NCBI RefSeq assembly: GCF_006345805.1
Contig: NW_021831826.1
Coordinates: 1-64,000, forward strand
DNA length: 64,000 bases
Origin: Octopus sinensis
Lineage: Eukaryota
Reading direction: 5' to 3'
The translations under genes were made by a program, and so were the position numbers. Positions 53,892 through 64,000 of this stretch are shown piece by piece (the stretch's first letter is position 1; each line of letters starts with the position of its first letter). The notes beneath the pieces were generated by a model, which saw only the letters and a program-made list of their open reading frames with translations, was not told where the DNA came from and searched no databases.

Positions 53892-54680
53892 ACGTACTCA
53901 GACAATCTAAAGTTTTTTGTGTATATCGAATAATAATAAATTGGTATGCGGATGCTCAAGTGAACAACTTAGGGATTAGTACAGTCTTTAACCTCTAGTA
54001 CCTGCATCTGCTGTGTGACTCCTGTGGCAAGTTACACAGGGTGAACTGGACGTCCCTAACATTCGAGGCTATGTTTTATTGAGATACCCATGTACATGAA
54101 GGTTACAATATACTAAACACATGCAGAGTAAACCACGTAGAACATCACTTTCATTCTTCTTCTTAGTAGCAGAATAATTCAATCCTAGATGTCATTTAAT
54201 AAATTGATGCTTCATCTTGATAGTAAGGTCGGACTTATATTTCGGAAAGATCTATAAAATTAACATCCACATCATGTGATGTATTAGAATAATGATTGTC
54301 GGTGTAGGTTTCAGGACTAGTGAATGTCCATTACTTGAACATTTGCGCTATCAGCCCTATCGTAAGCATTTGAGACAATGATATTCAATTGTCTCACACC
54401 CTACCGATTTAACACCAAGGAAAGAACACAACACATATTGTGAGTAAGTAAATCGACGGGATGATCATGACCGAAACGCCTCTGATCATGAGCCTTGTCA
54501 TCAGTGAACAACAAGCATAATTTACAACCAACTGAAATATATTCTGGGAAAGGAGGGAAATTCGTCGGGTTTGCATTTTAGTAACTAGAGAAATGAGATA
54601 TCGCCATCCCAATAATCGATCAAAAACTTATATGAGGCCATAGAATATTCAGATAATGGAGAAAACTTATTTAATTTCTG
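53892..54680 (-). pseudogene. Type-1 remnant with C-terminus, U5
   Basis: ORF 53561-53959 begins SIRIPIYYYSIYTKNFRLSEY; same deletion as U3 plus another at ~54597. Confidence 0.55.
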
Positions 54681-54870
54681 ACGATAATTGGTCGGTGAGC
54701 ATTTGGTTCCAAGCAACCATAACACCCCCCCCCTTAACATAGCGGATCGGCAAAAGTGACCAATAAAATAACACATAGAAACATATAGACACACACACGC
54801 ACATATATATACATATATACGACGGGCTTCTTTAAGTTTCTGTCTACCAAATCACTCACAGGGCTTTACG

Positions 54871-54917
<47 letters not shown>

Positions 54918-55029
54918 CAACGTACATATTTGCACACATTCACATTCACATACACACACAGGTACACTTACACCACCACACATACCGCACATATATTTGT
55001 TCGTGTTTGTGTATGTATATATATCCCGA

Positions 55030-56530
55030 TGCATTTTTTAGATAACCATACATGATTACATATAACACCGCGTAGCAATTCTTGTCCTGAAATCCTAGAT
55101 TGCCGCTCATATAATGTTTACTCTGGCTTAGGTAGAATGCCAGTGGTTGTTGTTTTGTGGGGAAGTGGTCAGTCGACTAATTGGACTTCAGCTCCTCTGA
55201 GAAATGAAATGCAAAGGGACTTCGGCGGAAAGGAACTCAGAACGCGAATAGCCGACAGAAGCGCTGCAAAGCAATTTGTAAATTTGTGTTCAGGCATTGT
55301 GTACAGGCATTGCCGACTTTTTGCTTGGATATTCTTGTTTAATATTATCTTTTTAATTTAAGCTCTATACTTTTTAACTGTACAACTTTTTTTTCATTCG
55401 AAAGTCCTGCGGGTATGGGAAGATTGCGAAGCATTCAGATCTGAGGTGGTGGAAGCATGTAATTAGTGGTCTACACACAAGTGTCCTCTGGGTTTTTGGT
55501 TTGCATGTGTGCTGAAGCAGTTGAATTCATGGAAATCCTGCTCACCTAGAGACCGGAGACAATGCTATAATACTAATGGTTGTGAAGATGACGACTGGAT
55601 GTCCTCTGACTGCTACACTTTACTCAATCAGAAACATTGGCTTGTGACGCAGATATGTTTACAATGTTTTCCATCAAACACCTGGAGATACCTGCTAAAT
55701 CTCTTTCCAATCACCACTCTTATTTTAGACAATGGAGGACATGGTTGCTAATGTTTGAATAAAAATAATTAGTAGGTATAATTGGATGCCTTTGTGCAAA
55801 ATTACGATCAGTCAGGGCAAACAACAACGTCGACAACAACACCCTAAGTAAAACACAAAAAAAAACAAACAAAGATATGTCCTAAAATTGGCCTCGTTCT
55901 CAGACTGTATCACCACATCAAACACGCAATTTTCTGCGTCAGACTTTCTATCATTACATGATACAACGCCATATCGTTACTGACAAGAGACATCACTTAG
56001 GAGTAACGCTCAGATTTTTCTCGGATCCATGTAAATTCAGTGGTGTTGCTTCGGGAAACGCCTAGTAATAAGAAGGATTCTGGGATGCTGTCCCACCTAT
56101 GTCATATAACATGTTAAATAATATAATTGGTGTCCAAGGCGAATGACCACGCTGTTAACGGTGTTACATTCGCGATAGCGAGATCGCGGTTTCAATTCCG
56201 TAAAGGGAATTGTATTGCGTTCTTAAGCAAATCACCTCATCTTATATTACTTTGCGTCGTGTAGAATTGTGAATTTCTTAAAATGGATTTATTTTCCGGA
56301 TATTAAAGTACAGCGAATAACATACATCGACAGAAAATACTGATACTGCCGTTAAAAAAACACATAACGGGTTATAACAATGTGTACTCTTCGGTCAGTA
56401 TTATTATCCGATACAGGCCGCAAAATGAGACAATAAACTTTCATGAGGTAATAGAATATTCAGATAAGTGGATAAACCTTTTCTAATTTCTGTAAAAAAT
56501 TAATACTGAAGTCATAGTTGAAACCGGCAC
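55030..56530 (-). pseudogene. Near-complete type-2 pseudogene, U5
   Basis: Copy of 31697-33213; start codon reads GTG at 56530. Confidence 0.58.
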
Positions 56531-56952
56531 TGTAAATGTAAATCAATATTTGCTACTTTCCTGTAAATATTTAAAATTGATATTATACACACACATATCT
56601 ACACTGGCGAGATTAAATTTAAGACCGATGATAATAATCCTATTTCTAACAAAATATTTTGTTACTAACACCATACAAATTATTTCTATGTTTTACACTT
56701 TATGGAGACTTTATTTCTCTTTCGAATGATGCAGACAATGACTATTTTTATACAACTTGAAGAATGCATGAAAGTACTAGTTCAATCAGAGTGGATATTT
56801 GATATTCTATCGCTTCATTATGTTATCTTATCTTATCATATATTATTATAGGATTGTAAATAAATCATGAAACTCAAAGTTGGAATTTCTTTCAGTAATA
56901 TATTCTCCTATACACAATCATACATACCTGTGTATAAGTGCATATATATTAT

Positions 56953-57012
<60 letters not shown>

Positions 57013-57363
57013 GTATATATATATGATATATAAGGATATTATTGCTTACATATTATCAAGTGGCAAGCATGCGTAAAAAAATGCCATAAGGTAACGCATC
57101 ATTAATTAATGATTAAAGTTCCTACAAGCAGCACCAGCACACTAAAAATAGCATTACGAAGAGAGAGAGAGAGAGAGAGAGTAGAGAGAAAGTCAGAAAG
57201 GAGAAAAAGAGAGAGAAAATGAAAGTGTGGAACAGAGAGAGAGGGAAAGAAAAAAGAAAGAAAGAGAGAAAGAGAGAGAGAGAGACAATTCGAAAAATAA
57301 TTAGACAGATAAACAAACAGAAACTTCAATACATAGATTGAAACACACACACACACACACATA

Positions 57364-57400
<37 letters not shown>

Positions 57401-57537
57401 ACACACACACACACACACATACATACTTATATAAATGGTAAAAAAATAACGCTCTCTTTCCTCAGTCAAGTCCCACAAGTCACGACCATCTCGGGCAGTA
57501 ACACTTGGGAAGGTTCGATCTGGTTGCCCCCCACTAA

Positions 57538-57608
<71 letters not shown>

Positions 57609-57697
57609 ACATATTCATCTTTTATCCTTACATTTCCACGTGTATTTTATATTTTCTTTCTTTAACATATTTTAACATATTTCTACTATGCTTATAT

Positions 57698-57728
<31 letters not shown>

Positions 57729-58005
57729 CACACAACACAACACACAAACAATATAAGTGAGTTGTGTATGTGCGTGTATTCATTCAAATAATTACTAAAA
57801 TATATAGCTGCACCAGGTGGGGAAATTCCGTTTGTACAATCGTTTCCGAGTATAATTATTTGATAAACAAACCACTTGACAAACAGTAAGAAGTAGACAT
57901 TTATATACATTTTAATACAGAATAAGCAGGATAAGAAGAAAAAGGCGTAGCAGAGAGTCGCTGAGGAGATCACAGTATGTGAGACAAAGAATTTATATAA
58001 TACTA

Positions 58006-58041
<36 letters not shown>

Positions 58042-58078
58042 TAATAATAATAATAATAATAATAACAACAATAATAAT

Positions 58079-58295
58079 AGTCGTTCCTACTATAAGCACA
58101 AAGCCTGACATATTCTTGGATGGGGGGAGTTAGTCGATTACATAGCCCCTAGTACTCACTGGTATTTAATTTATAGCCTCGAAATGTTGAAATGTGAAGT
58201 TGACCTCGGGGGATTTGAACTCAGAAACTAATGATGGATGAAATACTACCAAGCATTTTGCCCGGCGTGCTAACGATTCTGCCAGCTAAACCTCA

Positions 58296-58327
<32 letters not shown>

Positions 58328-58723
58328 TAATAATAATAATAATAATAATAATTATCTTGTCTACTGGAAGCACAAGGACTAGTCCATTACATCGATCACA
58401 GTGTGTAACTGGTACTTAATTTATCGTCTCCGAAAGGATGAAGAGCAAAGTCGATCTAAGCGGAATTTGAACTCAGAATGTAGTGAGAGACGAAATACTT
58501 ATCTCTTTACTACCCACAAGGGGCTAAACACAGAGAGGGCAAACAAGGACAGACACGCTGATTAAGTTGATTATATCGCCTCCAGTGCGTAACTGGTACT
58601 TATTTAATCGACTACAAAAGGATGAAAGGCAATATCGACCTCGGTGGAATTTGGACTCGGTGGAATTTGAACTCAGAACGTAACCGCAGACGAAATACTT
58701 CTAAGCGTTTCCCCCGGCGTACC

Positions 58724-58757
<34 letters not shown>

Positions 58758-59022
58758 TAAAGTGAATATCAAATATATATTGCGCGTGTTTCATTGGCAA
58801 CAGACGACCATCTCCAAATAGAAGAATTTCTGTTTTAACACCCAATTTCAAAAATGCATGAACGTAATAATATTAAATATTAAGTAGAAATATTCCGCCG
58901 AGGTTGTCTTTGCCTTTTATCCTTTCGGGGTCGATGAAATGAATATCAGTTATATACTGCGGTCGATGTAATCAACTTACTCCTCCCCTGAAATTGCTGG
59001 TGTTGTAGCAAAATTTGGAATC
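58079..59022. mobile_element. SINE family 2 cluster at the U5/U6 boundary
   Basis: Copy of 36605-37530. Confidence 0.8.
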
Positions 59023-59171
59023 AAAGTGTAGGAGAAATAAAACAAAACACAGCATCACTCACTAATGGATACCATGTTAATGGTTTTAACAAATTATAAA
59101 GTGAACGGCTTGGAGAGTGTTTCATCTTTATGCGTGTTTCCTTGGATTGAATCTGTGTAGGGGGGCATGTT

Positions 59172-59898
59172 TAGGCGCGGCTGTGTGGTAAGACGCTTGC
59201 TTCCAAATTTGGATTCGGGTTCAGTTCCACTGCGTGGAACTCTACATAAATGTCTTCTACTGTAGCCATTGGACTCTCAAAATCTTCATACGTGGATTTT
59301 GTAGATGGAAACGGAAAGAAGCCTATCGTGACTATTCTTTTACTTGTTTCAGTCATTTGACTGCGGCCATGTGGAGCTCCGCCTTTAGTCGAACAATCGA
59401 CCCTAAGACTTAACCTTTGTAATCCTAGTACTTTTCTATATCATTTTATTTTCCAGAACCGCTATGTTACAGGGACGTAAGCACACCAACAACATCGGTT
59501 GTCAAATGATGGTGGAGGGACAAATATAGACACACAAATACACACACACACATACGACGGCTTATTTGAGTTTCCATCTATGAAATCCACTCACAAGACT
59601 ATGGTCGGCCCTTGGCTATAGTAGAATACACTCAGCCAAAATGTCTCGCAACGGGACTGAACACGGAACCATGTGTTTCATACTCTACGGCCACTTCTAT
59701 GTCTATATATGTCTGTCTGTATGTATCAGTGTGTGTGTCTTTGTGTCAGTGTTTGTCCCACCGCTTGATGACCTGTGTTGGTGTGTTTACGTTCTGGTAA
59801 CTTAGCGGTTCACCCAATATACTCCATAAAATAAGTACAAGGCTTAAAAAATTAAGTACAGAGGTCAATTAGTTCGACTCAAAACTTCTCAAACCAGT
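59172..59898. mobile_element. Nested inverted SINE-1 pair, U6
   Basis: Copy of 322-1021. Confidence 0.85.
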
Positions 59899-61119
59899 GC
59901 CATCTCTATATATACACATAATCCTTTCCGAGCCATGTTCGTTAAAGGAATTGTTCGTTACACGAGAAATTGAAATACATACGAATAGAAGAAATCCGTT
60001 CATGCCACTCCCCAAAGCCACATAAAAGTATATATTATACCTTAGCGTTGATACAAAAGAGAATCATGTAAAAGGTCGAATGTAGTGTGACTGCTCAGTT
60101 TGGTTTACCACTAAAACACCGGTTTGAACAGAAAAATGTGGTGCAGAAATTGGGTATCATGGTTTTAAGGTGTGGTTGATCATTGAGCGGAGGGACATAA
60201 ATTATAACAGATTAGGAGCAAGAAAATCATTTAGCCTTTTTCAAGAACATTCATTTTATAATTTATAATATAAGTATTTTGTTGTGTGTGTGTGTGTTGT
60301 GTGTGTGTGTGTGTGTGTGTGTGAGTTTTTGTGTCTATGTTTGTTCACACACCATCGCTTACAACCGATGTTGGTGAGTTTACGTCCATGTAGATTAGTG
60401 TTTCAGCAAGGAGACTCATAGAATAAGTACAAGTCTTATATAATAAGTTCGGTGAAAAAGCATTGCTCCAGCATGGCTGCAGTGAAATGGCTGAAACAAT
60501 AAAAGAACTGTGCAGAGTGGTTACAAATATGCACAAAAAAGAAAATGCGGAAATGCATAATATCCTTAATCGAGGATATTATTCGTTCCCAGTCTTTTGG
60601 GAAACCATGGAGTTCTCACATAAATGTGTCTGGTATTTTCGTGATCGAAGAGTTAGTAAAGTTTCCAGGAAAGTCCCTGGCAAAGGATAATGGAAATTAA
60701 CAGTTGCATCTTTGAATAGAAAGTGAATCAGATTTGGAAGGCCTTGGAAGAGTCTATTATTGGGCGAATGAGAAATATATGAGAGTATATAGAGATTAGT
60801 CTATATAGTGAAGGGGTGTTTGACTTGGGGTTTAAAAGGATGAATGTATACACACACATATATACAGAGGGAGACATACACATACACACACGCACTAACA
60901 TATGCAAACACACACAGACACACACACAGACACATATGCAGTGGCATATTCCTATTGATATACACACAGTCAGATACACACACTTACGCGGCCATACGTA
61001 CACATCCATACGTATGAGTTTAGAAATGGACAGATAAAGGTCTGTTTGCACGCACAGACACACCCACATACAAATTCTCGCAGAGAAAGAGAGAGAGGAG
61101 AGTATTGTTTAGTAATTAA

Positions 61120-62333
61120 GTCGAGTAAAAGCAGATGTATAAACACCTGTCGCCTCATTGTATATTTGACTACCAATGTGGGCCAGAGTGATTAAATCGC
61201 CAAACTGGAAATACCCAGGACCGGATAGCGTACAAGGATATTGGCTGAAAATTTCCCCAGCAGTACACAGAAGAATAGCCAAGCAAATATATAAAATGAT
61301 CAACAACGGGGTCAAAAATCCCAAAGAGGCTGACCAAAAGTCAAACATTCTTTGCCAAAATAATCCCAACAAAGCAATGCAGTGGATAATCACCGGCTAT
61401 CACCTGTCTGCCCCTCATGTGGAAGCTGATGACAGGAATAATATCTAATTAGGTGTATGATTTCTGGAAATAAATTACAAAGCACCAGTGGAACAGAAAG
61501 GGTACAGAAAGAATAGCCAAGGGACACTTACAGACTAATATGGTTTCAGAACGGAAAATGAAAAGGGAGACAGTGTTTGTAAGCAACGCACACGATCAGG
61601 CATTCATAACTAACTACATAAAATCCAAATAGACAAAAACCAGGCAAATTCCAATGTAGAGACTTTTAACATGATTTCACACAGAAAAGGGAGTCAGCAG
61701 TGAAGGCCAGATAGCAAGAAAGTAATATCACTGAAGGCAGAGAATCATAAGTGCTTCGGAGTATTAGAATCTGAGAGTGTACTAACAATGGAAATGAAAA
61801 CAAAAATAGCTAAGGAGTACATCGGAAGGTTGAAGAAGCTAATGAAGGAAAGCGAAGGGTTCTAAATCTAGTAAAGGTTGTAAAAACTTTGGGAAGTGTC
61901 GTTACTTCGGTATTCAGCAGAATTTGTTGATGGAAAAGATCTGAATTAGCAAATCTAGACAGAAGAACTAGGAAGGAATTCAATATGAATAGAGGACTTC
62001 AGCCTCGATTAGGAAGAGCAAGATTGCACTTACTTAGAATAACGAAGGTGGAAGCGGTTAATATCAGCAGAAAGTAGGGTAGAGTTAGCTAGAGTGATAT
62101 ATATAATAATGAATAAAATTTATGATTTGCCTCAGTTATAGTAGGAGATAGGAAGGAAAAAGCCAAATGAAATTAAAACAATAAAAAAAGTAGGAAGATA
62201 ATCTAACTGACAAGAGAATGTATGGCAATGTCGATTGGCAAAGATAGTTGCAGGAAATAGTAATATTGAGACATGGTTATGGTGCTGAAAGGAAGCTGAA
62301 AAGGGAGACAGAGTTTCTAAGCAAAAATTAATT
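61120..62333 (+). mobile_element. Old R4/Dong-clade fragment, RT core deleted (U6)
   Basis: Junction cacagaaaa|gggagtcagc at ~61689. Confidence 0.9.
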
Positions 62334-63231
62334 GTAAGGTCGGACTTATATTTCGGGAGATCTATGAAAATTAACATCCACATCATGTGATGTATTACAA
62401 TAATGATGCAGGTGTAGGTTTCAGGACTAATGATTGTCCATTACTTGAACGTTTGCGCTATCAGCCCTATCGTAAGCATTTGAGACAATGATATTCATTG
62501 TCCCACACCCTCCGTCTTAACCACGGAAAGAACACAACACACATTGCGATGTAAGTAAATCAACGGCATGATCATGGCCGAAACGCCTCTGATCATAGTC
62601 TTGTCATCATTGAACAACAAGCATTCTTTACAAATAACTGAAATATATTCTGCGAAACGAGGAAAAATTGGCGGGTTTCCATTTTAGTAACTAGAGCGAT
62701 GAGGTCGTATTTTTGAGCAGATATCGCCATCCCAGTAATCGGTAAAACTATGGCGTTTGTTTTAGAAAAGCGACAAGTAGATAAGAATATTCTGTGGGTG
62801 TTGTCAGGACATATGAAAAATAAAGTTTTGGTAATATAATAGAATTCGAGGACATGAAATCGTGATTAAGGTCGTGATTTCAGATCCTGGGATGATTGGT
62901 GTTTTTTGCGCAGAACAATTCATCTTATGTTGCACAGCGACCATTTCAACACTCGACGTGTAGGAATGGTGACTAGCTGGAAAATGGATTTATTTTCGGG
63001 ATATTAAAGAATTTCAGCCAATCACATACATCAAGAAAAAATACTGCCACTCTCGTTTTAAAAATAATTAGAGAATTATTACCACAGCGTATTTCATTCA
63101 GTATTCTTATCGGATAGCACCTGGAAGGTTGAGACAAAAAACTTAATGAGGCAATAGAATATTCCGATAAGTGGATAAAACTTTTAATTTCTGTCAAAAA
63201 TTCAAACCGAAGTCATATTTGGGGCCGGCTC
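62334..63231 (-). pseudogene. Type-1 GPCR-like remnant, U6
   Basis: Copy of 12641-13522; ORF 62973-63197. Confidence 0.55.
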
Positions 63232-63503
63232 TATAAAGGTAAACCAATTTTTGTTACTTTTCTTTTAAGATTTAACATTTGTATCTACACACACACGTAT
63301 ATATGATTTATTTTCCCCTCTCTCTATATATTTCTATAACTATGCAGCTTAATAGAATAACGTTGTTCCTGACGATCATTTGTCGGTGAGCATTTGATTC
63401 CAAGCAACCATAACGTTGTTACACGCACGTAAGAACTATTATTTAAATATTTGTTTGTCCTGTTCATCATATATATAGACTTATACATAAACACACATGC
63501 ATA

Positions 63504-63658
63504 AGCGTGGCTATATGGAAAGAAACATGGGTCGCAAGCAAATAGTTCCAGGTTCAGTTCCACTGCATGGCAATTTGGGAAAGTGTCTTCTACTTTAGAC
63601 TTGGGCCGTCCAAAGTCTTACGAGTGGATTTGGTAGACGGAAACCGAAAGAAGTTCGT
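63504..63658 (+). mobile_element. SINE family 1, 5' half, U6
   Basis: Head ends at gaaaccgaaagaagttcg, followed by (TA)n. Confidence 0.8.
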
Positions 63659-63837
63659 TATATATATATATATACGTATATATATATATATATTATATAT
63701 ATATATATAATATATATATAATATATATTATACATATATATATGTATATATATATATATATATATATACTATATATATATATATATATGTATAATATATG
63801 TATATATGTATATATATATGTATATATAATAAATATG

Positions 63838-63870
<33 letters not shown>

Positions 63871-63906
63871 ATATTATATATATATATATATATTATATAT
63901 ATATAT

Positions 63907-63940
<34 letters not shown>
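63659..63940. repeat. ~280 bp degenerate (TA)n tract
   Basis: Read directly from the sequence. Confidence 0.95.
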
Positions 63941-63941
<1 letters not shown>

Positions 63942-64000
63942 AAATGGATAAATGAATTATCTTGTAACGGATTATTCAAATTATAACCGATACCTGGGTA

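Larger units (their letters stand above)
58854..63660. repeat. Tandem unit U6 (B-like, partial)
   Basis: Anchor at 58854; co-linear with U2/U5 until it breaks off in a (TA)n tract at ~63660. Confidence 0.9.

Overview
AT-rich, microsatellite-dense eukaryotic DNA. The two tRNA-like SINE families match what I recognise from octopus genomes (inferred, not database-checked). There is no intact protein-coding gene, rRNA, tRNA or CRISPR array, and most ORFs in the supplied track are microsatellite or SINE artefacts. The window is a tandem segmental-duplication array of seven related units starting at the anchor atgca..cgtaataatattaaat (1, 9084, 20526, 23554, 37361, 46512, 58854). Units 1 and 37361 are near-identical at a 37,360 bp offset. 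The full-size units carry the same cargo: nested and inverted SINEs, a decayed + strand R4/Dong-type LINE fragment, and several minus-strand, apparently intronless, degraded ORF remnants. These remnants resemble class A (rhodopsin-like) GPCRs: N-terminal MPAPNMTS, TM2-like FLTAVSVxSVDVC, TM3-like QRY/ERY, and TM7/helix-8-like (N/H)PxTxL...TKNF. Two clear paralogous types and two weaker candidate types are visible, about 20 remnants of types 1-2 in total, all broken, with lesions shared between units. One unit also has a young 5'-truncated R4/Dong retrotransposon inside a (TAA)n tract, and the empty paralogous site is in the same window. The GPCR call comes from manual translation across frameshifts and needs profile-HMM confirmation. 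Coordinates are hand-counted, and element edges are approximate.
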